This document shows, in pieces, positions 38,454 through 48,947 of a stretch of 64,000 nucleotides of DNA. Under the pieces are notes generated by a model, which saw nothing but the letters and a program-made list of their open reading frames with translations, made no database searches and was not told where the DNA came from. A program made the position numbers and the translations under genes. Position 1 is the first letter of the stretch, and every line of letters begins with the position of its first letter. Source of the DNA: an uncultured Lachnospiraceae bacterium (lineage in GTDB: Bacteria > Bacillota > Clostridia > Lachnospirales > Lachnospiraceae); NCBI GenBank assembly GCA_944376425.1, contig CALWCS010000182.1:10828-74827 (forward strand). The letters run 5' to 3'.

Positions 38454-39734
38454 ATGGAAGAGAAAAAATACAGAAGTTATGTAAAAATATTAAATCAGGA
38501 ACTGGTTCCGGCATTAGGATGTACAGAACCGATTGCGATTGCCTTTGCAGCTGCGAAAGCAAGAGAAGTTTTAGGAAAGATGCCTGAGAAGATAGAACTG
38601 TTCTGCAGTGGAAACATCATTAAAAATGTAAAAGGAGTGATTGTCCCAAATTCCGGGGGAATGAAAGGAATGGATGTGGCAGCTGTTTTAGGCGCTGTAG
38701 GAGGAAATGCAAAACAGGAGCTTGCTGTTTTAGAAGAAGTCAAGGATCATGACATTGAAATGATGAAGAAATTAGTGGAAAAAGGGATTTGTAAATGCAG
38801 TCTTGCGGTGGATGTTCCGAATTTATACATTCAGGTGACCGAATATGCAGGAGAAGAATACGCCCTTGTTGAGATCAGAGACCATCACACCAATATCACA
38901 AAAATTGAAAAAAATAAAGAAATTTTATTTGAAAAAGCATCTGAGGAATCAGAAGACTCTGAGAGTAAAAAAGCAGAAGGCCAGCTGACGGTAAAAGATA
39001 TTATTGAATTTGCAAATGAAGTAAAAATTGAAGATGTACAAGAAGTACTGGATCGTCAGATTGCCTGCAATACGGCAATCTCAAGAGAAGGATTGAAAAA
39101 TTGTTACGGAGCAGCGATTGGAAAGACAATTTTAGAGGCATATCCTAATGATGTAAAAGCCAGAGCCAAAGCCGCTGCAGCAGCAGGATCGGATGCAAGA
39201 ATGAACGGATGTTCGATGCCGGTAATTATTAATTCAGGGAGCGGCAATCAGGGGATGACAGTCTCTCTTCCTGTGATTGAATATGCCAAAGAACTAAAAG
39301 TATCCAAAGAGGAGCTTTACCGTGCGCTGGTGGTAAGCAATCTGGTTGCAATCCATCAGAAATATTATATAGGAGATTTGTCAGCGTACTGTGGCGTAGT
39401 ATGTGCAGCCACAGGGAGTGGAGCGGCAATTACTTATATGAAAAAAGGAACCTATCAGCAGATTTCCGATACGATCACAAACACGATTGCCAATATTGGC
39501 GGTATGGTCTGCGACGGAGCAAAAGCTTCTTGTGCCGCTAAAATTGCGTCAGCAGTCGAAGCTGCAATTCTGGGACACTGCATGAGTATGAACAGACGGT
39601 GTTTTCAGGAAGGAGAGGGACTGGTACAAAAAGATGTGGAAAAAACGATTGAGAGTATCGGAAAAGTAGGAAGAGAAGGAATGAGAGAGACCGATATTAA
39701 AATTTTAAATATTATGCTGGGAAATGAGGAGTAA
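38454..39734 (+). CDS. UPF0597 / L-cysteine desulfidase family protein (serine dehydratase alpha-like)
   Basis: GCTEPIAIAFAAA motif near the N-terminus and Gly/Ala-rich core. Start chosen after the GGAGG RBS. The ORF track start is 38442. Confidence 0.8.
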   Translation: MEEKKYRSYVKILNQELVPALGCTEPIAIAFAAAKAREVLGKMPEKIELFCSGNIIKNVKGVIVPNSGGMKGMDVAAVLGAVGGNAKQELAVLEEVKDHDIEMMKKLVEKGICKCSLAVDVPNLYIQVTEYAGEEYALVEIRDHHTNITKIEKNKEILFEKASEESEDSESKKAEGQLTVKDIIEFANEVKIEDVQEVLDRQIACNTAISREGLKNCYGAAIGKTILEAYPNDVKARAKAAAAAGSDARMNGCSMPVIINSGSGNQGMTVSLPVIEYAKELKVSKEELYRALVVSNLVAIHQKYYIGDLSAYCGVVCAATGSGAAITYMKKGTYQQISDTITNTIANIGGMVCDGAKASCAAKIASAVEAAILGHCMSMNRRCFQEGEGLVQKDVEKTIESIGKVGREGMRETDIKILNIMLGNEE

Positions 39735-39842
39735 AGAAACATTAAGATTAAAGGAGAATGTGATAGAGAAAATGTAAGAGAGGATGTATTGAGGAAAAAA
39801 GCTGTACAGACGAAAAGATAGAAAGATGGAAAGGAAAAAAGG

Positions 39843-40331
39843 ATGGAACATGTTTTTCATAAGATTACACCAATATTTGATAAAAGTTCTAAAATTTTAA
39901 TTCTGGGATCTTTTCCTTCTGTTAAGTCACGGGAGGCAAAGTTTTTCTACCATCATCCCCAGAATCGTTTTTGGAAAGTACTTGCCAGAGAGCTTGCATG
40001 TGAGATTCCAGATACAATAGAAGAAAAAAAGAAGATGCTGCTCAAATATCATATAGCAGTTTGGGATGTGATTGCAAGCTGTGATATAGAAGGTTCCAGT
40101 GACAGTTCGATCCGCAACGTTGAGCCAAATGATCTGCATGTGATTTTAGATCACGCCAATATTGTACAGATTTTTACAAACGGTGGGATGGCAGACAGAC
40201 TGTATCGAAAATACTGTCTTGCAGATATCGGAAAACCTGCGGTGCGTCTGCCGTCTACAAGTCCGGCAAATGCGGCATATTCTCTGGAACGCCTGACAGA
40301 AGAATGGGATATTATTCGAAATTTGTTATAA
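39843..40331 (+). CDS. DNA-deoxyinosine (hypoxanthine) glycosylase, UDG family 6-like
   Basis: ILILGSFPSVKS and YHHPQNRFW motifs. 162 aa. Confidence 0.8.
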   Translation: MEHVFHKITPIFDKSSKILILGSFPSVKSREAKFFYHHPQNRFWKVLARELACEIPDTIEEKKKMLLKYHIAVWDVIASCDIEGSSDSSIRNVEPNDLHVILDHANIVQIFTNGGMADRLYRKYCLADIGKPAVRLPSTSPANAAYSLERLTEEWDIIRNLL

Positions 40332-40511
40332 TCTTGTTCATAAAAATTTTAAAAATTAATCAAAATTTGCACATATTTAAGTTTTATACTTAAGACATCA
40401 AGTAAAGCGAACCTTGATAGATTTCAATTTCATAACTCCGGGCTGATGGATAACCGTCAGCCCACTCCCTCAGTAAACTTTAAATGAATTATAAAACTTT
40501 TTCATCCTGAA

Positions 40512-40540
40512 AGCTGGCGTAAATGCCAGCTTTTCTCTTT
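40512..40540 (+). terminator. intrinsic terminator
   Basis: AGCTGGC / GCCAGCT stem followed by TTTTCTCTTT, about 180 nt after the glycosylase stop. Confidence 0.6.
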
Positions 40541-40617
40541 GCCAGACTAAGGTTTCTTTTACAGGATTCCAGTGTCAAAAAGTCATTTCAAAAAATCAGA
40601 TGAAAAGGTGGGAGGAT

Positions 40618-41820
40618 TTAAAATTCCTCACACACCTGAAAAATATAAAACTTTAGATAATAAGACTGATCTGCAGCCCACAGGATTGGATGATCTGCAG
40701 CCTGTGTCCGGTATTCAACCTGGCGCAGTCGTCTATGAGCACTTTGAGCTGCTTGAGCGATAGTTTTTGTAAAAAGTTCAGGATCCATAAAATGTGAGCA
40801 GGAACAGGTGGCAAGAAATCCACCGTCTTTTACAAGTTTTAAACCGCGCATGTTAATTTCACGATATCCTTTTACAGCATTTTTGATAGAGTTCCGCGAT
40901 TTAGTAAATGCGGGAGGATCTAAAATAACGACATCAAACTTTTGATGATCTGCCTCAAGAGATGGAAGAAGATCAAAAACATCTGCGCACTGGAAAGTAA
41001 CACGGTCTTCTACATGGTTTAAAACAGCATTTTCTTTTGCCTGTTTTATAGCAAGCTCGGAGGCATCAACACCAAGTACAGAAGAGGCACCGGCAACTGC
41101 GGCATTTAAAGCAAAAGATCCGGTATGCGTAAAACAGTCGAGAACTCTTTTTCCATTACAAAGACGCTGAATAGCGAGACGATTGTATTTCTGATCCAGA
41201 AAAAAACCGGTTTTTTGACCGTCTTCGACATCTACAAGATAGTGAACGCCATTTTCAACGATCGGCACTTTCGTAGGAAAGGGATCTCCAATAAAGCCTT
41301 TTTTTCGTTCCATACCTTCTTGAAGGCGAACTTTGGCATCACTTCTTTCATAGATTCCCCGAATTGGAATACCGTCTTCTGCAAGTACTTCTTTTAAAGA
41401 TTCTAGAATGACAGGTTTTAAAAGGTCAATTCCAAGTGCAAGAGATTCGACAACCAGGATATCCGAAAATTTGTCAATCACAATTCCGGGGAGAAAATCA
41501 GCTTCCCCAAAAATAATACGGCAACAGGAAACGTCCACCGTCTGTTTTCTGTATTCCCATGCATTTTTTACTCGCATCTTTAAGAAAGACTGATCAATTA
41601 CGGTACCTTTTTTTCGAGAAAGAATACGAACGGTAATCTTAGAGTTTGTATTGATAAATCCATATCCTAAAAAGTAACCGTCAAAATCACAGACAGTGAT
41701 GATATCTCCATTTTGAAAATCTCCCTCGATTTTTGAAATCTCATTGTCATAGAGCCACATTCCTCCTGATTTCAAGAATCTGCCTTCTCCTTTTTTCAAA
41801 GTTACGACTGTATCGTACAT
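40618..41820 (-). CDS. PUA-domain class I SAM-dependent rRNA (cytosine-C5) methyltransferase, RlmI-like
   Basis: 400 aa. N-terminal PUA-like region, DCFTHTGSFAL SAM motif and ILDPPAF motif. Confidence 0.85.
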   Translation of the reverse strand: MYDTVVTLKKGEGRFLKSGGMWLYDNEISKIEGDFQNGDIITVCDFDGYFLGYGFINTNSKITVRILSRKKGTVIDQSFLKMRVKNAWEYRKQTVDVSCCRIIFGEADFLPGIVIDKFSDILVVESLALGIDLLKPVILESLKEVLAEDGIPIRGIYERSDAKVRLQEGMERKKGFIGDPFPTKVPIVENGVHYLVDVEDGQKTGFFLDQKYNRLAIQRLCNGKRVLDCFTHTGSFALNAAVAGASSVLGVDASELAIKQAKENAVLNHVEDRVTFQCADVFDLLPSLEADHQKFDVVILDPPAFTKSRNSIKNAVKGYREINMRGLKLVKDGGFLATCSCSHFMDPELFTKTIAQAAQSAHRRLRQVEYRTQAADHPILWAADQSYYLKFYIFQVCEEF

Positions 41821-42040
41821 AAGCTATTCCTCCTAGTTAGCCATCATTAGATTCAAAAGGTGTTTTAATCCTAACCCATAGTATACAGGAAACAAATAGG
41901 AGGAGCAAGGGAAAAATCAGAGACAGAGCTTACGAGAAACCGACAGATAAAACAGATAAAAAGATTGCAAAGTAAATATGAGAATGGTATAGTAATTTTA
42001 TACAGCAATGAAAGGAAAGCGATTAAAGGAGGGATAGGAT

Positions 42041-44617
42041 ATGAAAGTATCATTGAGAAAAATAATAAGCTTTCTAAGTTTTGCGTTTGCATGCTGCTGT
42101 CTGTTTTCCATAGGAACATTTGCAGCAGGCAAAACAAGGGTAATCCAGACAAACGATTTTTCGGCATTTTCAGAAGCAACTGCTGATTTAAATCGTAAAA
42201 ATGGAGCATCCGGCAGTCAGGGGACGCAGGAGATGGACACCAGCACTTATGGAACCATGAGGCTGATTGTAAAATCAAAAGGACCAGCACTGGATCTGAC
42301 GGGATACGGTGCGGACACAGTCATTCAGGGACCTAACGGATATTACATTGTGCAGTTTGACTCTAAAAAAGAGACAGAGACATGTATGAGACAACTGAGT
42401 ACAAATCCCAATGTAGAATATGTAGAACCGGATTCTGTGGTTACTGTAGAGGATACCGAAGTAGGAGAGGAAATTGATCTGTCTTCTGAGTCAGAAGAGA
42501 GTTTCTCAGAAGTACTTGGGGGCGAAGACAGTGCGACGGCGTATTCTTGGGGCGTTGCTAAAATTGAAGCAAATAAATATGCATCTTATTTAAAAGGACT
42601 GGGAAAAACACAGACGATTCGTGTTGCAGTTGTCGATTCTGGTGTGTGGAGATCGCACAGCATGCTGAGCGGTCGTGTGGAATCCAGTATAGGATATGAT
42701 TATGTAGATAATGACAGCAATCCGTTTAATGACGGAAAAGGTCATGGAACACACGTTGCAGGAACAATTGTAGACTGTACGCCTGGATTGAATGTAAGGA
42801 TTATTGCAGTACGTGTTTTGGACAATTCAGGAAACGGATATTCGTCTGATGTTGGAAACGGTATCCGCTATGCAGTCGATCACGGAGCAAAAGTGATTAA
42901 TCTGAGCCTTGGAGGAGGACATTCTTATTATAAGGATGACGCTATTTCTTATGCGATCTCAAAAGGAGCAGTTGTTGTTGTATCGGCAGGAAATGACGGA
43001 AGATCCATTGGAACATACTGTCCGGCACACATTACAGACTGTATTACTGTTTCAGCCATTGATGAGGATGAATCACTTGCATGGTATTCAAACTATGGTT
43101 CGGTTGTCGATGTGACAGCACCTGGAAGCAACATTTTAAGCTGTGGAACGAGCGGATACAATTCTTATGTATATATGTCGGGAACTTCGATGGCGGCACC
43201 TCACGTTACAGCAATCGCAGCGATGTACCGTTTATACTATCCGACAGCAGGACCGATGAAAATTCAGGAACTGGTAAAAAGATACTGTAAGGATATCGGA
43301 TCTTCCGGAAAAGATAACTACTACGGATATGGACTTCCGAAGATGAGCAAGGCAATGACTACAAAGGTGACAGTAGGAAAAACATCTTTGGGAACTGCAA
43401 CTGCAATCGGAACATCTCAAGTTCGTTTGACTTGGCAGAAAGTAAGCGGAGCAGCAGGATATTATATTTACCGTAAGGTTCCAGGAGGCGGATGGGCTAG
43501 AATTAAAGCAATCACGTCAGGAAGCACAACAGCATACAGAGATACCAATCTACAGCCTGGAAAGAAATATATTTATACAGTACGAGCTTATAAAAAATCA
43601 GGAAGCACAGTCTATCTGGGAGCCTATAATACTACAGGTGTTTCCGCAATCACAGGACTGGATACACCGGCACTTAAGAGTACAACGTGTGTCTCTTACA
43701 ATTCTATCCGCATCAACTGGACACCTGTAAAAAATGCGCAGGGATACCGAATTTACCGAAGAACCAGCGCAAACGGCAGCTGGATAAGAATTGGAAGAAT
43801 TACAAAGCAGAGTTCTTCTTCCTTTGTGGATACGACGGCTGCAACTGGAACAAAATATTATTATACAGTCAGAGCAACATGTACCTATGGAAACACAATG
43901 AAATTCAGCGGGTATAATACGACAGGCGTTACAGGAAAGGCTGTTCTTGGAACTCCTCAGTTTACCGGAAGAAGTGTTGTCTACGGACAGGGAGTAAAAC
44001 TGAGCTGGAATAAAGTACCCGGAGCAACCGGATACGTAATCGGAAGAAGTACAAGTGCTAACGGAACATTTGTAAAAGTAGGCGCTCCTTCAGGAAGCAC
44101 AACAAGTTTGATCGACAAAGATGCCGGCAGATACCGTTATGTATATTATCGTATCCGTGCCTATAGGACGGTAGGAGGAAAGAACGTATTCGGCGGATTT
44201 TCAAATGTAATTTCAATCTACTCTTCCTATTATGCAATTGAAGCGACGGACTATCTGAGTACACAGTCGATTGATGTGGTAAATGATGCAACGATTCTCG
44301 TTTCAAAACTAGAAGGAATGAGAATGGGATATAATAGACAGTATCCAGATCTATATGAAGTAGGAGAGGATATTACGGTAGGAGTCAACGAGAGCTCAGC
44401 AGAAAACCGGGTCAGTGTAGAAAATCAAGGAAATGCAAATCTTTCTCTTTATGGATTAAAGATTGGAGACGATGTCAGTACGGTGACAAGGGTGCTGAAA
44501 GAAAACGGATTCCGTGCCGTCAGCGGGCAACCGTATGATTATATACGCGGAGACGGAACAAAACTGACGATTACTTTACAGAGTGGAAAATTAGCAGCCT
44601 TTGGTTACTATTTCTAA
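42041..44617 (+). CDS. secreted S8 (subtilisin) serine peptidase with four FN3-like repeats
   Basis: Signal peptide and propeptide-like region. Triad contexts VAVVDSGV, HGTHVAGT, GTSMAAPH. Repeats carry W..V.GA.GY.IYR signatures. Confidence 0.92.
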   Translation: MKVSLRKIISFLSFAFACCCLFSIGTFAAGKTRVIQTNDFSAFSEATADLNRKNGASGSQGTQEMDTSTYGTMRLIVKSKGPALDLTGYGADTVIQGPNGYYIVQFDSKKETETCMRQLSTNPNVEYVEPDSVVTVEDTEVGEEIDLSSESEESFSEVLGGEDSATAYSWGVAKIEANKYASYLKGLGKTQTIRVAVVDSGVWRSHSMLSGRVESSIGYDYVDNDSNPFNDGKGHGTHVAGTIVDCTPGLNVRIIAVRVLDNSGNGYSSDVGNGIRYAVDHGAKVINLSLGGGHSYYKDDAISYAISKGAVVVVSAGNDGRSIGTYCPAHITDCITVSAIDEDESLAWYSNYGSVVDVTAPGSNILSCGTSGYNSYVYMSGTSMAAPHVTAIAAMYRLYYPTAGPMKIQELVKRYCKDIGSSGKDNYYGYGLPKMSKAMTTKVTVGKTSLGTATAIGTSQVRLTWQKVSGAAGYYIYRKVPGGGWARIKAITSGSTTAYRDTNLQPGKKYIYTVRAYKKSGSTVYLGAYNTTGVSAITGLDTPALKSTTCVSYNSIRINWTPVKNAQGYRIYRRTSANGSWIRIGRITKQSSSSFVDTTAATGTKYYYTVRATCTYGNTMKFSGYNTTGVTGKAVLGTPQFTGRSVVYGQGVKLSWNKVPGATGYVIGRSTSANGTFVKVGAPSGSTTSLIDKDAGRYRYVYYRIRAYRTVGGKNVFGGFSNVISIYSSYYAIEATDYLSTQSIDVVNDATILVSKLEGMRMGYNRQYPDLYEVGEDITVGVNESSAENRVSVENQGNANLSLYGLKIGDDVSTVTRVLKENGFRAVSGQPYDYIRGDGTKLTITLQSGKLAAFGYYF

Positions 44618-44631
44618 AAAAGAGTAGATAT

Positions 44632-44670
44632 GCCGCAGTAACGAAAAAGGTTACTGCGGCGTTTCTTTTT
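44632..44670 (+). terminator. intrinsic terminator
   Basis: 11-bp stem GCCGCAGTAAC / GTTACTGCGGC followed by GTTTCTTTTT. Confidence 0.75.
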
Positions 44671-44914
44671 CCATCTGACAAAAAATTTTTGCTGCATACG
44701 ATTGTGCTTTTATGTAGCCCAAATTTTGATAGAATGTGTTTATAAATTGTGCAGAAAGGGTCAAAAATGATATATAGGACTGCGTAGTCGGGGCAGTAGG
44801 GGAAGGACTGCGGCGCTATCGTCTGTCTGGAAACTAAAAATTTAACAAAAAATAAAATTTTTGAGGAAGTTTCGGAAAACTTGTGAAAAGACAGGGGAGC
44901 ATAGGAGAAAATAT

Positions 44915-45880
44915 ATGATAAGCGACGAAAAAAAATTACTGAAACGAGAATTACAGATATTATATCAAGATTTATTTAAAAACCAGGAGCGATCCATGGA
45001 AAAGATGAACCGCTTTTTTGAATTGGTGATGAAAATTGCCAGACCTGCAGTTGCACGTCAAATGGGAAAAAGCGAAGATTCTTATGCAGTGGAAGATATT
45101 GTAAGCATCGGATACGGCATTTTGCTGGAACAAGGAATCATGAACGGCAAATTAAATTACGAAGAAGAACGTGGATATTTTGCAGACTATGTTGTCGGAA
45201 TCATGAATAAACTTGTGCTTAGACTTTGGAGAAATGAAGAAAGAAAAAGACGATATGAAAGCAGTTTATCCGAAGAACAGACACAGGAAGGAGGATTTGT
45301 TTTGGAAGATACTTTGGAATCAGAGTCACATGGAAGTTTAAGAGGACCTGAAAGTGAGGTCGAATATCGTGAGACAAGAAAATTACAGGAAAAAGCAGCA
45401 AGATCTTTTTTAGATTCCGTCATTGATTCGAAAGAACCGCCTCATCAGCTTCTGGCTATGTGTTATGTGAAATTAATGGCTACTTTTTTGGACTTTTCTT
45501 TTCAATATAATCCATATCAATGGGCAGAAAGCATTATGAAAGATAAGACACTACGGATACTTGCCGATGAATTTTTAATGGTATCGAATGATAAACTAGA
45601 TACTCAATACAAAGAGTGGGGAAAACCGTTTGAAACAGCAATGAAGCAGGGATACCATAAGTATGGACGAGACTTTCCGATTTTGGAAGAAGTAATTTTT
45701 ACGGATTATTTTAACAGAAAAGATTTGGAAAATTACAGTGAACGTGCTTGTAAAAAGCTAGTCAGTCAGTGGATGGAAAAGATAGGAGGAGACGAAGAAT
45801 TAGCAGAATTACTGATTCAGTATACAGAAAAACGGGAGATGGAGAAGGAAAGGAAAAATAAAAAGAAAAATTTAAATTAA
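44915..45880 (+). CDS. hypothetical cytoplasmic protein with sigma-70 region-2-like N-terminus
   Basis: AGGAGA RBS before MISDEK. The segment AVEDIVSIGYGILLE...FADYVVGIMNKLVLRLWRNEERKRR resembles sigma region 2. The remainder is unassigned. Confidence 0.6.
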   Translation: MISDEKKLLKRELQILYQDLFKNQERSMEKMNRFFELVMKIARPAVARQMGKSEDSYAVEDIVSIGYGILLEQGIMNGKLNYEEERGYFADYVVGIMNKLVLRLWRNEERKRRYESSLSEEQTQEGGFVLEDTLESESHGSLRGPESEVEYRETRKLQEKAARSFLDSVIDSKEPPHQLLAMCYVKLMATFLDFSFQYNPYQWAESIMKDKTLRILADEFLMVSNDKLDTQYKEWGKPFETAMKQGYHKYGRDFPILEEVIFTDYFNRKDLENYSERACKKLVSQWMEKIGGDEELAELLIQYTEKREMEKERKNKKKNLN

Positions 45881-45903
45881 AATCAAAGAAAAGGAGGACT
45901 CTC

Positions 45904-46164
45904 ATGCTCAGCGCAGAAGAAATTTACGAAGTAGCAAGAAAATTTGTGTTTGATGAGAAGCTGACAGCTCAGGAAGAAAAACAAAAAGAAGAAATCTTAA
46001 AGAATCGTGACTATTATATCCAATATTGTGCAGGAGTCGCGCTTTTGGATATGATGGAGAGAAAAGGAGAGTATGAGCCTCGCTATAATATTCGTAATAG
46101 GCAGGATGAAAAGAAATCACAGGAGAAGAAGAAGATTCAAGAGGTGATAGGAGAACCGAAATGA
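45904..46164 (+). CDS. hypothetical small charged protein
   Basis: 86 aa with an AGGAGG RBS. Stop overlaps the next start (ATGA). Confidence 0.6.
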   Translation: MLSAEEIYEVARKFVFDEKLTAQEEKQKEEILKNRDYYIQYCAGVALLDMMERKGEYEPRYNIRNRQDEKKSQEKKKIQEVIGEPK

Positions 46165-47243
46165 AAAAAGCGAAAATCAGTCTATTATGGTGTGCATGTT
46201 TTTGCTGTCTTCTCTTTTTTGCAGGGAAGCAGACAAAAGCGGAAGAATTTCAATTCTATTATCAGTTTTTAAATGAAGATCAAAGAGAATTATATGACGA
46301 TGTTGTAGAAGCTGCGCAGGAATATGAAATGAATGTAGATGTGGATGATCTAAGTGAAGCACAGACAGAACAGGCATATCTTGCTGTTTATTATGACCAT
46401 CCGGAATTGTTTTGGCTAAGCAGCGGCTACCAATACTGGTCTGATATTCGGGGAAATGTTACGCAGATTGAGATGGAGTATAATGCAACGTGGGAAGAAA
46501 AAGAGGCACAGAATCAGCTGATTGAAGCCGCAATCCAGGAAGTCTTGTATGAGGTAGACTATGGACAAGATACATACGGAAAAATAAGAAGTGTGTACGA
46601 ATATCTGATTAACCGGATCGAATATGTGCCGGATTCTGAATATAATCAGGATATACGAAGTGTATTTTTGAATTGGGAGTCTGTCTGCACCGGATATACG
46701 AAGGCGACACAAATACTTCTTCAAAGAATGGGAATTTTCTGTACCTGCATCCGGGGAACAGCAAACGGTGAAAACCATGCATGGAATCTGGTAGAAATTG
46801 ATGGGCAGTATTACTATGTAGACACGACATGGGGCGATCCTTTATATTTGGGCGGCAGTGAAGGAAATAATCAGATCGACTATACCTATCTGTGCTGTAC
46901 ACAGCAGACTTTATTCCGGACCCACCAGCCCGAGGATCCGGCAATTTTGCCGGAGTGTAACTCGGAAATGTACAACTACTATATACTAAATGGAATGTAT
47001 CTTCAAAGTGGAGACCGTGATACGGTATCTCAGTATGTAATGAATATCATCCAGCAGGGAGGAAGAGAAGCCGTAATGAATTTTCCTTCTGAAGAACAGT
47101 ATGCAATTGCAAAAGCTGAGTTATTAGATTACGGGCTGCTGGATGAACTGATGAATCAATACTTGCAATTTTCAGGAGAAGGACAGGTTTCCTTTACGTA
47201 TGAGACAAGAGATCAGGAACTGGTATTTCGGATTTTATGGTGA
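46161..47243 (+). CDS. secreted transglutaminase-like cysteine peptidase domain protein
   Basis: Signal peptide. Cys-His-Asp core context WESVCTGYTKA, ENHAWNLVEI, YYVDTTWGD. Confidence 0.8.
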   Translation: MKKAKISLLWCACFCCLLFFAGKQTKAEEFQFYYQFLNEDQRELYDDVVEAAQEYEMNVDVDDLSEAQTEQAYLAVYYDHPELFWLSSGYQYWSDIRGNVTQIEMEYNATWEEKEAQNQLIEAAIQEVLYEVDYGQDTYGKIRSVYEYLINRIEYVPDSEYNQDIRSVFLNWESVCTGYTKATQILLQRMGIFCTCIRGTANGENHAWNLVEIDGQYYYVDTTWGDPLYLGGSEGNNQIDYTYLCCTQQTLFRTHQPEDPAILPECNSEMYNYYILNGMYLQSGDRDTVSQYVMNIIQQGGREAVMNFPSEEQYAIAKAELLDYGLLDELMNQYLQFSGEGQVSFTYETRDQELVFRILW

Positions 47244-47869
47244 CGATGCCGGAGCAGCAAAAAGATTCCGCCGAGAATGACAAATAAAAAAAGAACAACT
47301 GCACAGTGCAGAAAATACTCTTCGGGCAAAAATTCAATAATCGGATCGGTGGCAGGATCAAAAATCCATAGATCATTGCGAAATAACAGCTGATGCATGA
47401 TCACAAAAACGGTATGAAATGAAATCAGACTGAATAATCCAAGCAAAACAGGGACAATAAGAACCAGGATTCCGCAGACTTTTAAATAGCGGAAATCGTG
47501 GTTCTTTTTTTTATGGCGTAAAATAGGAATCAAAAGAAGAATCGATACCGCGCCGATCAGATAAATAGCATAGAAAATCTGGCGGACTTCTGCAAAATGC
47601 TGAACCCCGGAAGGAGAGGAGGAAAGCGTTGGAAACTGAAACGTACCCGTGAAAAATGGGAGACAAGTTCGGATGAGATAATCATAATTAAGCAGAATTT
47701 CTTCTGTGCTGTATCCAGTAGTTTCAGGGATATTTAGGATATTCAGATCAAGAAGATAAAGAGGGCGAAAGAGAAGGACAAACAGCAGCCCGAGCCCAAT
47801 CAATGCAAATAAAAACAAAAAACCGATTCCGATATCGGATATCAGATGATTTGATTTTGATGGTTTCAT
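47213..47869 (-). CDS. TIGR01906/DUF1461 family integral membrane protein (Lit-like)
   Basis: 218 aa with 4-5 TM segments and an LLFRNDLWIFDPATDPIIEFLPEEYF motif. The 3' end overlaps the convergent gene by 31 nt. Confidence 0.65.
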   Translation of the reverse strand: MKPSKSNHLISDIGIGFLFLFALIGLGLLFVLLFRPLYLLDLNILNIPETTGYSTEEILLNYDYLIRTCLPFFTGTFQFPTLSSSPSGVQHFAEVRQIFYAIYLIGAVSILLLIPILRHKKKNHDFRYLKVCGILVLIVPVLLGLFSLISFHTVFVIMHQLLFRNDLWIFDPATDPIIEFLPEEYFLHCAVVLFLFVILGGIFLLLRHRHHKIRNTSS

Positions 47870-48222
47870 GACAATACCTCCTTATTTAGTATTTTACAAA
47901 GCAAATTTTTGACCTATTATACCATATACTGAAAAAAACGTCTATACACACGAAAACGATCATACAGAACATCACTTTCTCAAAGTGGGAAGATCCTATT
48001 TTTTATAGACGGCGAGCAACAAAATAGGATCAGCATAGGAGTCCTTCCCTGATCTGACAGATGCTTTTGTGACTTTTGCATGGAAAGCAAAAGGTTACAT
48101 AATATGATAAAGTTAACAGAAAATAAGTGACTCTTGATTTAATCTATGATATGATAAATAATAAGAAAAGAAGGAAAGATAAACAATAGGGAGAGGAACA
48201 GAAGAAAGAAGAAGGTGATTAT

Positions 48223-48939
48223 GTGCAAGAGGATGGAAAAGACTTTGTAAAGGTAGAGAAAGTATCTAAGATTTATAAGATGGGTGAAGTTGAGATCCGC
48301 GCTGTAGATGAGATAGAATTTTCGGTCGACAGAGGAGAATTCGTCGTAATTGTAGGACCGAGCGGCGCAGGCAAGACAACCGTATTGAATATTTTGGGAG
48401 GAATGGACACAGCAACAAGCGGTCATGTATGGATTGACGGAAAGGATATCGCAAAATATTCGGGAAAACAGCTGATATCGTACCGAAGAAACGATATCGG
48501 CTTTGTTTTTCAGTTTTATAATCTGATCCCGAATTTAACAGCATTGGAAAATGTAGAACTGGCGCTTCAGATCTGTAAAGATCCTTTGAATGCTCAAAGC
48601 GTTTTAGAAGAGGTGGGATTAAAAGATCGCGTGAAAAATTTTCCGGCACAGCTCTCAGGAGGAGAACAGCAGCGAGTTTCAATTGCACGTGCACTCGCAA
48701 AAAATCCGAAATTACTTTTGTGCGATGAGCCGACGGGAGCATTGGATTATCAGACAGGAAAAGCAATTTTGAAACTTTTACAGGATATGTGCAGGGAAAG
48801 AGGAATGACTGTGATTGTAATTACGCATAACTCGGCGATAGCACCGATGGCAGACCGTATCATTAAAATTAAAAATGGAAAAGTCTCCAGCATGAAGATG
48901 AATGAAAACCCGATGAATGTAGAAGACATTGAATGGTAG
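48223..48939 (+). CDS. ABC transporter ATP-binding protein (MacB/LolD type)
   Basis: GTG start. Walker [10 protein letters not shown], signature LSGGEQQRV, Walker [13 protein letters not shown]. Confidence 0.9.
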   Translation: MQEDGKDFVKVEKVSKIYKMGEVEIRAVDEIEFSVDRGEFVVIVGPSGAGKTTVLNILGGMDTATSGHVWIDGKDIAKYSGKQLISYRRNDIGFVFQFYNLIPNLTALENVELALQICKDPLNAQSVLEEVGLKDRVKNFPAQLSGGEQQRVSIARALAKNPKLLLCDEPTGALDYQTGKAILKLLQDMCRERGMTVIVITHNSAIAPMADRIIKIKNGKVSSMKMNENPMNVEDIEW

Positions 48940-48947
48940 GTGCAAAA

